From Octopus sinensis (lineage: Eukaryota), in the NCBI RefSeq assembly GCF_006345805.1, contig NW_021826037.1, positions 1 through 13,664 on the forward strand: a DNA stretch of 13,664 nt, given 5' to 3'. The notes under the pieces are model-generated. The model saw only the letters and a list, made by a program, of their open reading frames with translations. It was not told the origin of the DNA and made no database searches. The first letter of the stretch is position 1. Each line of letters begins with the position of its first letter. Made by a program: the position numbers and the translations under genes. This document shows positions 1 to 8,172 of the stretch, piece by piece.

Positions 1-123
1 CAAATGAAAATCTGCGCTGGAAATTAATTCCCGGATAGTGTTCAACCTCACACAACGAGCCAGGTGCTACACATATTTAAATTTAAACATAAGTAGTTTT
101 GATAGCCAGCTAGATATATGAGC

Positions 124-414
124 CTAAAAGGGGAAGTGACGTGCTGTGCTGAAGTGGTGCGGTGATATTAGGTGGCAAGACGCTAAAGTGCTGCTATTGT
201 CATTGACGTCGTTGTTGACGGTTGTGGCGGTGGTCGGGTTATTGCTGTACTTGTTGTTGTTGTTGTTGTTGCTGGTGGTGGTGGTGGATGTGGTGGTAAT
301 GGCGGGAGATAGTGGTGGCGATTGCGAGAAACGAATAGTTGGAAGTTTGAAAATTCCGGATGTGAAATTGATTATAATCAATAGAATATTTTCATTCAAT
401 GTTTCTCTATTCAA
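124..414 (-). other. Low-complexity Thr/Asn/Ser-rich open frame over (GTT)/(GGT) trinucleotide runs; possible coding exon remnant, unassigned
   Basis: GC-richer than its flanks. The minus frame reads ...SQSPPLSPAITTTSTTTTSNNNNNNKYSNNPTT...ARHFPF*. It has no ATG (TTG start), no convincing splice acceptor in frame and no recognisable domain. Confidence 0.2.
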
Positions 415-1128
415 TATATTATATATATTGTTGAACAGAACAGAACTGATTCAAGATTCCTTTGATAGACTTAGCAAGAAAGAGATTAATACGATGATGA
501 ATAACTTTTGAATAACACTTGAAATTAGCCGATAATCCTTGGAGTATCTATAAACAATACTAAAAAGAAATTAAATAAACGAAAACAAAGATATAAATAT
601 ATACACGCATACATATACACAGATACATACATATATATAGATAGAGATACAGAGATACATATATACACTCACACAAATATATATACATACATAAATAAAT
701 ACATACTACATATAGGTATATAAATACATACATATATGTGTGTGTGTACATGTGTATATATGTGTGTGTATGTTCGTGTATCAGAAATAAAAGAAAAATG
801 AAGTACAACAATATAATCAATACATTCTCTTAGACAGTGCTACAGACAGACACACACACACTCTCATGTACGCGTACATACACACATAGAATCCGCTTTC
901 ACAGACATATGCAGAGAAGCAATTTGTTATCACGTATACATATAACTTAGCGTCTCGCACATTTCACAGACTTATACACCGATATAAAGACATTTATTCT
1001 TCGTTCATTCACATATCTTTATTATTTCTCTCTCTCGGTACGTAAAAAGGATACGTGTATGTAAGTGTTTGTGAGTATATGTGTGTGTATTTGTATGTGT
1101 GGTGTGTGTGAGTGTGTTGAATAATACG

Positions 1129-1130
<2 letters not shown>

Positions 1131-1198
<68 letters not shown>

Positions 1199-1203
1199 TA
1201 TAT
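1131..1203. repeat. (TA)n microsatellite
   Basis: Directly visible TA run with rare interruptions. Confidence 0.95.
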
Positions 1204-1405
1204 ATGCGTGTTTATATGCATATACATGTATGTATATGTGTTTTTGTGTATGCGTGTTAGCGCATGTGTACGTAGATATGCATGTTCATTGATTATTAAA
1301 TAAAATATACAGACAGATAGATCGATGGATATCGCAGGGTAGATAAACATATAGATGGGCACACAGGCTAAGAGACAAAGGGACGAATGTACAGCTAGCT
1401 TGCTG

Positions 1406-1493
<88 letters not shown>

Positions 1494-1499
1494 TAGATA
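1406..1499 (+). repeat. (GATA)n tetranucleotide microsatellite
   Basis: More than 20 near-perfect GATA units; this explains the IYLS-repeat part of the ORF at 1009..1710. Confidence 0.97.
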
Positions 1500-1906
1500 A
1501 ATAAATAGTGGTATAGTTAGAATTTGAGATAAATGAATGATCATTTTTGTATAATTTATCTTCGTAATTCAAAAGACCAATGCATGCATTCATATTCATA
1601 AGCAAAAGGTGAGGAAAAATAAAGGAAAGACTACGAAAAAGAGAAAGAGGTAAATAAAAAAGAAACAGCTTAATAAAAAGAAAGAAAAAGCGACAAAGAA
1701 AATAAATCAAGTAAGGAACCTAGATATTCGGGAATAAATGGGGAAGCAGTGTAATTTTGTTGCGGAGAAAAAGATATAAAGTGGGAGAAAGAGACATTTT
1801 GTTACAGATCGACATAAATGTTTAATTTAGGTCGATTTAACGTTTTGAAAATGCAAGTAAAAAGGTTTCGCGGGCGAAAGTGCAAGTCGGGATAAACCAC
1901 ATGCAC

Positions 1907-1915
1907 ATATATATA

Positions 1916-1990
<75 letters not shown>
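1907..1990. repeat. (TA)n microsatellite
   Basis: Directly visible. Confidence 0.95.
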
Positions 1991-1993
<3 letters not shown>

Positions 1994-2114
1994 GAGGAGC
2001 GGCTGTGTGCTGAGTAGCTTGCTTACAAACCAAATGGTTCCGGATTCAGTCCCACTGCATCGCCATCTTGGCAAGTTCCTTCTACTATAGCCTCGGGCCG
2101 ACAAAGCCCGTCGT
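1991..2114 (+). mobile_element. tRNA-derived SINE, 5' head portion
   Basis: GGAGGAGCGGCTGTGTGCTGAG (A-box-like) ... GGTTCCGGATTCAGTCCC (B-box-like) ... CTTGGCAAGTTCCTTCTACTATAGCCTCGGGCCG, running straight into (TA)n. It resembles an abundant Octopus SINE head as I recall it. Confidence 0.75.
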
Positions 2115-2130
2115 ATATTATGCGTATATA

Positions 2131-2186
<56 letters not shown>

Positions 2187-2212
2187 CATATATATATTTA
2201 TATATATATGTG
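2115..2212. repeat. (TA)n microsatellite following the SINE head
   Basis: Directly visible. Confidence 0.95.
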
Positions 2213-2344
2213 TGTGAGAGTATTTATAGATACAGTTATGTATGATCGTATATACACGTTATTTGCGACAGAAAAGTATTAGATGAGAATAGCAATCTGT
2301 GTATCGTACATAATGCAGTTAGGTAACGGTATGCCTAAACTAAA

Positions 2345-2596
2345 GAGTTATTCGCCCGTTGCATTGTTTTACCTTTCGAAGGATGCCGCCCCGCTGGCTA
2401 TGAGAGAAGGCCAACTTTTCCTCTCATCGGAAGGTTCGTTCTTCGCAGAGTTAACTATTTACTGCTGAGTCGACGGGAACAAAAGGAGACGAAGTGTTTT
2501 GCATAAGAACATAACACGTAGCTGGACTGGAATTCTAAGCCACTATGTCACGATTGTGAATGCAACGCGCCTAAATATTAGCACATGCGTCTTCAC
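2345..2596 (-). mobile_element. Diverged tRNA-derived SINE
   Basis: The minus strand begins GTGAAGACGCATGTGCTAATATTTAGG...GTGGCTTAGAATTCC (decayed A/B boxes), followed by GTTATGTTCTTATGCAAAACACTTC, resembling the conserved post-tRNA GTGTYCTTGRGCAARACACTT motif of many animal SINEs, then a GC-richer body. Confidence 0.6.
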
Positions 2597-2608
2597 ACAT
2601 AAATATAA

Positions 2609-2697
2609 ATCATCAAAATCATCATCATCATCGTCCTCGTCGCCGTTGTCGTCATTATCATTATCATCATCACCATTATCATCGTTTATCATCATCA
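2609..2697 (+). repeat. Degenerate (ATC)n/(GTC)n trinucleotide repeat
   Basis: Directly visible; it gives the poly-Ser stretch in the ORF at 2499..2765. Confidence 0.9.
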
Positions 2698-3169
2698 GCG
2701 GCCAATCATCTACGCATTATCGTTTTCATACCCATCACATATATAACACTACACATACAAGATAGGGCTTGGCGCTGTTCTAAAACAACAGCTAAATACC
2801 GAACAACATTTTCATCAAGATTCTAGCAATTCCTCTGAAAAGAATAGTTTTACAGGAAAAGAAACAAAAGCGAAAACAAATAACAGAAGTACAAAAACCA
2901 AACAAAAATACTACCAAGCGAACATGTGTTGATGTATGTTAAAACAATAAATAGAGTTTTGAATTATTACTTTGGTCCGGTATTTGGCTACAGTGATGGC
3001 GGTAAATTACCATTATTTCCGTTGTTTCCTCAAAATTACTATGTTTTATTGCTGTAGAATATGTAATATGCCGCCAGCTAAATGGTCAATGTGTTGACTG
3101 TAAAATACTGAGAACTACTACGAGTCCATAAATTTTCATTTAAGCAGCAGCCTCTCTCTCTCCCTCTGT

Positions 3170-3230
3170 ATATGTATATACATATATATATATATATTAT
3201 ATATATATTATATATATATTATATATATAT

Positions 3231-3269
<39 letters not shown>

Positions 3270-3350
3270 TGTGTGAGTGTTCTATGTATGTAGTTATGTA
3301 TGTATGTATGTATGTATGTATGTATGTATTGTATGTATGTATGTATGTAT
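3170..3350. repeat. Compound (TA)n + (TATG)n microsatellite
   Basis: Directly visible. Confidence 0.93.
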
Positions 3351-3461
3351 GGTCTAGAGGCTTAGAATATAATATATCACATTCCGCGGAGGCGAAAGGA
3401 TGATCGGAGAAATTTTGGCTTACATACCTACATTCAGCTTTCTTCTGTCATGAATGTCAAG

Positions 3462-3462
<1 letters not shown>

Positions 3463-3545
<83 letters not shown>

Positions 3546-3564
3546 GCTACCACTACCACTACTA
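3463..3564 (+). repeat. Compound (ACT)n/(GCT)n/(ACC) trinucleotide microsatellite
   Basis: Directly visible. Confidence 0.95.
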
Positions 3565-3569
3565 GTTAA

Positions 3570-3780
3570 GGCGGTTAGCTGGGAGGATCGTGAGCCTGCT
3601 GGACGAAATGCTTAGCGGTATTTCGTTTACTGCTGTGTTCTGAGCCCAATCTCCGCCGAGGTCGACTTTGCCTTTTATCCTTCCGGGGTCGATAATTTAA
3701 GTACCAGTGAAAGACGGCGATCAATGTTATTGACTCATTCCCTCCCCTAAAATTGCTGCTTTTGTGGCAAAATCTGAAAC

Positions 3781-3781
<1 letters not shown>
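3570..3781 (+). mobile_element. SINE family 1, copy A (near full length, followed by an (ATT)n tail)
   Basis: Aligns by eye over about 150 bp with 4531-4720 (+), 5532-5749 (-) and 8290-8495 (-). Shared blocks include GAAATGCTTAGCGGTATTTCGT, CCGAGGTCGACTTTGCC and GGGGTCGATAA..AAGTACCAGT. A-box-like and B-box-like segments are present. Confidence 0.88.
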
Positions 3782-3842
<61 letters not shown>

Positions 3843-3849
3843 TATTATT
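3782..3849 (+). repeat. (ATT)n array 1
   Basis: About 22 perfect units. Confidence 0.98.
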
Positions 3850-3939
3850 GAGTGAGAGAGCAGTGCATGTCATCAAAGTGACACTGGGGTAAAATATACG
3901 AAGCCCAGTATACCCATCATGACTACCCTTCTGATAAGG

Positions 3940-3940
<1 letters not shown>
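3850..3940 (-). mobile_element. 91-bp unique insert between two (ATT)n arrays; probable 3' end of a 5'-truncated retroposon
   Basis: Non-repetitive and GC-richer, bounded on both sides by (AAT)n on the minus strand, the same geometry as the neighbouring R4-like fragment. Strand is inferred. Confidence 0.55.

Positions 3941-3995
<55 letters not shown>
3941..3995 (+). repeat. (TTA)n array 2
   Basis: About 18 perfect units. Confidence 0.98.
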
Positions 3996-3996
<1 letters not shown>

Positions 3997-4491
3997 GACG
4001 TCGCACAGCATATATTATCGTGAGTTTCTTGATTGAAGGTATTGTGTCTGTTTGTCAAATCACAAAAAGGACTTCAGACAGACGATACTTCACGCAAGTA
4101 ATGCTGACTTTTGCAGTTCCAAGTAATGCTGACTTTTGCAAAACATCTAGATTTTAGCTTATTTCCATAGGTTTCAGATATTTCTACAGATTGGGTGGTT
4201 CTGAACCCAATACTCCGATGACAATAGGGATAACTTTTATGTTTGACTCCTGTAGCTGCCACATATTAGTGTTCTCAATTCTCAAGTCACCATATTAATC
4301 AACCACTTCTCCTTCTTTCATGATGATATGTTGATCTCCTGGCATTGCCTAGTCAATTATTAGACACTCTTGTTTGTCCGTCCAAAAGGTTACTATATCC
4401 GGCCTTCGGTGCTCTAATACTTTGTCTGTCTGGAATTCAAAGTCCCCGAGGATTTTTGCCTTCCCTTTTTCGTCCATTACTTTTCCCGGTG
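3996..4491 (-). mobile_element. 5'-truncated R4/Dong-clade (REL-endonuclease) non-LTR retrotransposon: ORF C-terminus plus 3' UTR, pseudogenised
   Basis: A single minus frame reads TPGKVMDEKGKAKILGDFEFQTDKVLEHRRPDIVTFWTDKQECLIID*AMPGDQHIIMKEGEVVD*YGDLRIENTNMWQLQESNIKVIPIVIGVLGSEPPNL*KYLKPMEIS*NLDVLQKSALLGTA. This matches the R4/Dong/Rex6 signature KILWDF.IQTD...RRPDI...LIID.A.P.D...K..KY.DL..E...W...V.P.VIG.LG...LQK.ALLGTA. It has four in-frame stops, then a UTR of about 80 bp ending in (AAT)n. Confidence 0.92.
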
Positions 4492-4495
4492 TATT

Positions 4496-4526
<31 letters not shown>

Positions 4527-4527
4527 T
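4492..4527 (+). repeat. (TAT)n array 3
   Basis: About 12 units with one interruption. Confidence 0.95.
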
Positions 4528-4530
4528 AAA

Positions 4531-4720
4531 GCGCTAAGCTGGCAGGATTCATAGCACATCGGGAAAATGCCACGCGATATTTCGTTACGATCTGAGATGA
4601 AATGTCACCGAATTCGTCCTTGCCTTTTGTCCTTTCGGAGTCGATAAAATGAATACTAGTTGAGTAGTTGGGTGGATGTTATCAGACCTCGTGCCTGTAA
4701 TATAATGAATTGTTTTTTAT
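4531..4720 (+). mobile_element. SINE family 1, copy B (diverged)
   Basis: GCGCTAAGCTGGCAGGATTCATAGCAC...GATATTTCGTT...TTGCCTTTTGTCCTTTCGGAGTCGATAAAATGAATACTAGT aligns to copies A, C and D. Its tail GACCTCGTGCC matches the copy D tail GGCCTTGTGC. Confidence 0.8.
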
Positions 4721-5165
4721 TCGAATGTCGTCAGGCGCTCACAGCCCTGTACCAGTCTGGCAACGTAATCGGTGGATGTTCCGCTACAACAATTTATAGA
4801 GCATTAGTGACGGGGAAGTGCGACGACGTTCTCGGAGAGACTCTGAACAAACTGGCTAGTATATTATGGAGAACTTTCCGGGTCTAGAACTACCATAGAT
4901 AATTTCCAGATATCCATAGCCTTGCAGTGGTACCGCGAAGCGGAGAACACTACGTGTTCGAGATAAACTCTATAGGTACAGATGTGCTGTCAGGCAGGCC
5001 TTCCAAGGTGTTCGCAGAGTGATGAAACCGTTCCGCACCCCGTCGTTTAATGTCCGGACATTTCTCTCTTGTGAGTTTTTGTCGAACAACTGCTATCACG
5101 TGTCGGATGAATTAACCGCCCTTGAATGAATGGCTAAGATGCTGAACATTCTAGAATGCTAATGG
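4721..5165 (+). mobile_element. L1/Tx1-clade LINE ORF2 C-terminal remnant (zf-RVT / CCHC region), 5'-truncated and decayed
   Basis: Stitched frames read ECRQALTALYQSGNVIGG..TIYRALVTGKCDDVLGETL..LASILWRTF / IDNFQISIALQWYREA / LRVRDKLYRY..AVRQA / [C]PRCSQSDETVPHPVV*CPDISLL*VFVEQLLSRVG. Restoring one G at about 5002 gives CX2CX8HX4C, the L1-type ORF2 Cys-rich knuckle. The clade call is from motif recognition and was not searched. Confidence 0.75.
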
Positions 5166-5347
5166 AAGTCTCGAAGGAGATATCCGTAACTCGGTATGTA
5201 CGCCAAAAATTATTTGAAATTCTGGAAAAACTCCTTCGGAAATCCTTCTTTTGATCTCTGCATATAGGGAATAATCCAAGATTATAGGCCAAGATACAAC
5301 GGAGTGGAATCGATCACAGGGTATATCCATTACGAACCATTTGGTCG

Positions 5348-5400
5348 TATATATATATATATTATATATATATATATATTAATATATATATATATATACA
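5348..5400. repeat. (TA)n microsatellite
   Basis: Directly visible. Confidence 0.93.
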
Positions 5401-5531
5401 TACATATATGTGCTTGTGTCTGTGTGTGTTTGTTTGTTGGTGCGTATAAATGTATGCGCGCGCAAACAAAGCCACAGATATAAATTTATATAAATTGAAA
5501 TAAATATATATGTCCATATATATATATAATT

Positions 5532-5749
5532 ATTTACTGCCCACAAGTGGCTAACATAGTGGGGACAAACAAGGACAGACAAAGGGATCAAGTCGATTAC
5601 ATCGACCCCTGTGCGTAACTGGTACTTTATTTATCGACCCTGAAAGGATAAAAGGCAAAATCGACCTCGGCGGAATTTGAGCTCAGGACGTCACGGCAAA
5701 CGAAATACCTCAAAGAATTTCGCCCGGCGTGCTAACGTTTCTGCTAGCT
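5532..5749 (-). mobile_element. SINE family 1, copy C (least diverged)
   Basis: The reverse complement reads CAGCTAGCAGAAACGTTAGCACGCCGGGCGAAAT...GAGCTCAAATTCCGCCGAGGTCGATTTTGCC...GGGGTCGATGTAATCGACTTGATCCCTTTGTCTGTCCTTGTTTGTCCCC. A-box-like TAGCAGAAACG and B-box-like GAGCTCAAATTCC are present. Confidence 0.9.
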
Positions 5750-6046
5750 GTAAATAACAACTATGGATGTGCGTATATATACGTGTGTCTGTTTTTGTGC
5801 GTATATGTGCCCCTGTGTGTGTGTCTGGGTGTGTGCGCGCGTGAGCGACTTGGGATTCTATCTGTATGCATATATATATATATATATGTACACGTATGTA
5901 CATAAATATAGTCAGAGACACTGAGAAGAAAATAGGGAAAATATGTGTGGGTGGGGGTCATACGCCGTACACACACTTACACGGACACACAAACTCACAA
6001 CCACATAAGCATACACACGCACACACACTCACACAGAAATAAACAC

Positions 6047-6150
6047 AACATCCATCCATCCATCCATCCATCCATCCATCCATACATACATACATACATA
6101 CATACATAAATACATACATACATACATGCATATATATATGTATGTATGTA
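6047..6150 (+). repeat. Compound (CATC)n + (CATA)n microsatellite
   Basis: Directly visible. Confidence 0.95.
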
Positions 6151-6459
6151 TCAGCTTCGCGACCTAAGTCTCTAATACCAAAGGGTGCACTAAATAAGAG
6201 GTTACGCACCCGGAATGGTCTATCTGGTACTTCGCAAGTGAAATACTGTCAGAATTAGACCTGTGGATCTACCCCCGCACATAGTATTTACTTATAAGAA
6301 CAATACGCAAATAAAGAATAAAAGAAATAGATTACAACGAAAATGAATGTTAACAACAACAGTATTTCTAATATTTCCTGGTCTGTTCTAATTGTACCTA
6401 TTGATCTAAGTAATATGACGTGTTATATATCGTAACCTTTTAGTTCTATGAAACCTTAC

Positions 6460-6578
6460 TATATTCCTTGATACAAAATACTTGGGTCGACAGGATGTTG
6501 TTAAATACTTTCCAGACAGCTCTGACACTTCAAACTTGTTGACTGCTTCAGTGAAGTGTATTGTTGGGTTTCTATACA
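6460..6578 (-). CDS. Candidate internal coding exon (119 nt, phase 1 to phase 0), product unrecognised
   Basis: Acceptor TGTTAATATATTTTTTCCTATTTAG| and donor ATA|GTAAGG. The frame is open across the exon: (x)YRNPTIHFTEAVNKFEVSELSGKYLTTSCRPKYFVSRNI. It lies in a segment largely free of repeats. No partner exon was found in the window. Confidence 0.4.
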
Positions 6579-7577
6579 CTAAATAGGAAAAAATATATTA
6601 ACACCAAGTTCAAGTGAAATTTTATTGTCCAAAAGCACTCCAGACATTTACACATATAATAATGATTTCGTACTTAGGAATAACGACACTATTCACTTCA
6701 TCTTTTCACTGCAATTTCTGTCATCAATCTATAATGGCAAGAATGCATGAAACCGAACCTGAAAATATTTAGATTCCGACAGAATAATACATTTGCTTTG
6801 GTGAAAGGATAGTGGTCCGGTTCAGAAGTTTCCTTCATAAGCTCTTGGTTTTGGGTTCGTCCTAGAGCACTGTAACTTAGTCGAGTTCCTTTCACTTTAC
6901 TGCCTTCCGAATGAATTAGATAACGGAAACTTTATGATGGCTCATGACACACACTCACATACACACACACTCACACTCACATTTACAAAAAACAAAGGAC
7001 AGATGTTGGTGAAGGAACGAACAAAGTTTATTAGTGTGTTACTCAGAAAAACTGAAGCGTGTTTAATGTTTCGAACCTAGGCTTTGCCACAGAGAACGGG
7101 TTTAAAGATGTGTTTGCTTTTTTTTTATTTTAACAGTCGCTGACAACAGGTGCTGCGGGGGTTGATTATATCCCAGTAAATTGGGAGGTATACCCAAAGA
7201 GGACAAATCGAACGAGTATCAATTTCAAAAATAAGAAATAACAGGATAAAACAATGCATGAAACAAGTAAGATGGGGAAATAACCATTCTTTGTGGAATT
7301 TTGCTCGAAGCGCTGCCAATAATGTAGTCGTACTGTTTCCAGGGCTTAAACATAAATCATGCACACTATACTTTTATTCTTTATACTTATCTCATTACAT
7401 ATTAATCCATTAATATATAAAATATAATTTTTAATCTAAAATTAATTACCAGATATAATTACTTTCTAAATAAATGTACTGTATAATTTTCTCAGTGTTC
7501 TCATTCAAAGTGACTATGATTTACTTGGGTTATTTCAAACTTTCTCATAATTTCTATTTCTCCCCCTCTCTCTCAGT

Positions 7578-7598
7578 ATATATATATATATATATATA

Positions 7599-7645
<47 letters not shown>

Positions 7646-7650
7646 AAAGG
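7578..7650. repeat. (TA)n microsatellite
   Basis: Directly visible. Confidence 0.95.
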
Positions 7651-7654
7651 GTGG

Positions 7655-7816
7655 AAGGTGTTTAAAGCCATTTAAGAAACACACAAAACCGTTAGATTCG
7701 CTTCAACATTTAAATGTAATTTCTCATTAAGTGACAAAACTCCGTGCTCAGATGCAATGCTTTCGTTCCAGCACACGACCCTAGATCAGGTCACTTGCTA
7801 TGCAAGTACATCTCCG

Positions 7817-7817
<1 letters not shown>
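7655..7817. mobile_element. Probable interspersed-repeat fragment(s), unclassified
   Basis: GCCATTTAAGAAACACACAAAACCGTTAGATTCGCTTCAACATTTAAAT and CAGCACACGACCCTAGATCAGGTCACTTGCTATGCAAGTACATCTCC resemble Octopus repeats as I recall them. There is no second copy in the window. Confidence 0.35.
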
Positions 7818-7886
<69 letters not shown>

Positions 7887-7908
7887 TACGTATGTATGTG
7901 TGTGTATA
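7818..7908. repeat. (TA)n/(TG)n microsatellite
   Basis: Directly visible. Confidence 0.95.
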
Positions 7909-8015
7909 TGTTTCTGTGTTTGTGTTTGTCCCCCCAACATCGCTTGGCAACGGATGCCGATGTGTATACAGCAAATGAGACCGATAGAATAAGTTCTAGG
8001 CTTACAAAGAATAAG
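7909..8015 (+). mobile_element. SINE family 2 body fragment
   Basis: TGTGTTTGTCCCCCCAACATCGCTTGGCAAC...GAGACCGATAGAATAAGTTCTAGGCTTACAAAGAATAAG. Its reverse complement aligns with 8743-8790 (CTTATT...CCTGGTAATTTTTCTATCAGTTTT). Orientation is inferred. Confidence 0.7.
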
Positions 8016-8024
8016 ATATTTGCT

Positions 8025-8172
8025 GCTTTAACCGGTTTCACATTTTACAATGATTTTCAAAAGTTAGAGTAGAAAGACATGGTCTATGTCGGTTATGACA
8101 GCTAGGACATAAGCCACGTCTTTTTATTTCAACATTTTGAAAATCGGTGTAAACTGAGGAAGCGCTTAAAGC
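8025..8172. repeat. 148-bp imperfect inverted repeat (foldback), MITE-like
   Basis: Left arm 8025-8090 versus the reverse complement of right arm 8106-8172: 52 of 67 positions identical by hand alignment (14 substitutions, 1 gap), with a 15-nt spacer. Both ends carry GCTTTAA/TTAAAGC. Confidence 0.9.

Noticed and set aside
146-511. Plus-strand 121-aa ORF with a long hydrophobic, TM-like stretch
   Set aside because: The hydrophobic run is the (GTT)/(GGT) repeat read as L/V. It has a non-ATG start and no recognisable family.
1808-1836. Small hairpin ATCGAC-A-TAAAT / ATTTA-G-GTCGAT
   Set aside because: An 11-bp stem in AT-rich DNA is plausible by chance, and there is no supporting context.
2373-2464. 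Minus-strand segment with a good acceptor (CTTTTGTTCCCGTCGACTCAG) and donor (AAG|GTAAAA)
   Set aside because: Stops occur in all three frames right after the acceptor, and the segment lies inside the diverged SINE at 2345-2596. At most it is a cryptic or non-coding exon.
1991-2596. tRNA-like A/B boxes as true tRNA genes
   Set aside because: No complete cloverleaf can be formed, and the boxes are decayed and continue into SINE bodies.
2692-2698. Second CTGATGA (minus strand), a hammerhead core heptamer
   Set aside because: It arises from the (ATC)n repeat, with no GAAA and no flanking helix.
3782-4527. Repeat-unique-repeat-unique-repeat layout superficially like a CRISPR array
   Set aside because: The repeats are variable-length (ATT)n microsatellites, the spacers are retroposon fragments of 91 and 496 bp, the DNA is eukaryotic and there are no cas genes.
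7052-7094. Minus-strand CTGTGGCA-AAGCCTAGGTT-CGAAAC, vaguely hammerhead-like
   Set aside because: The core does not match CUGANGA and no helix I complementarity is present.
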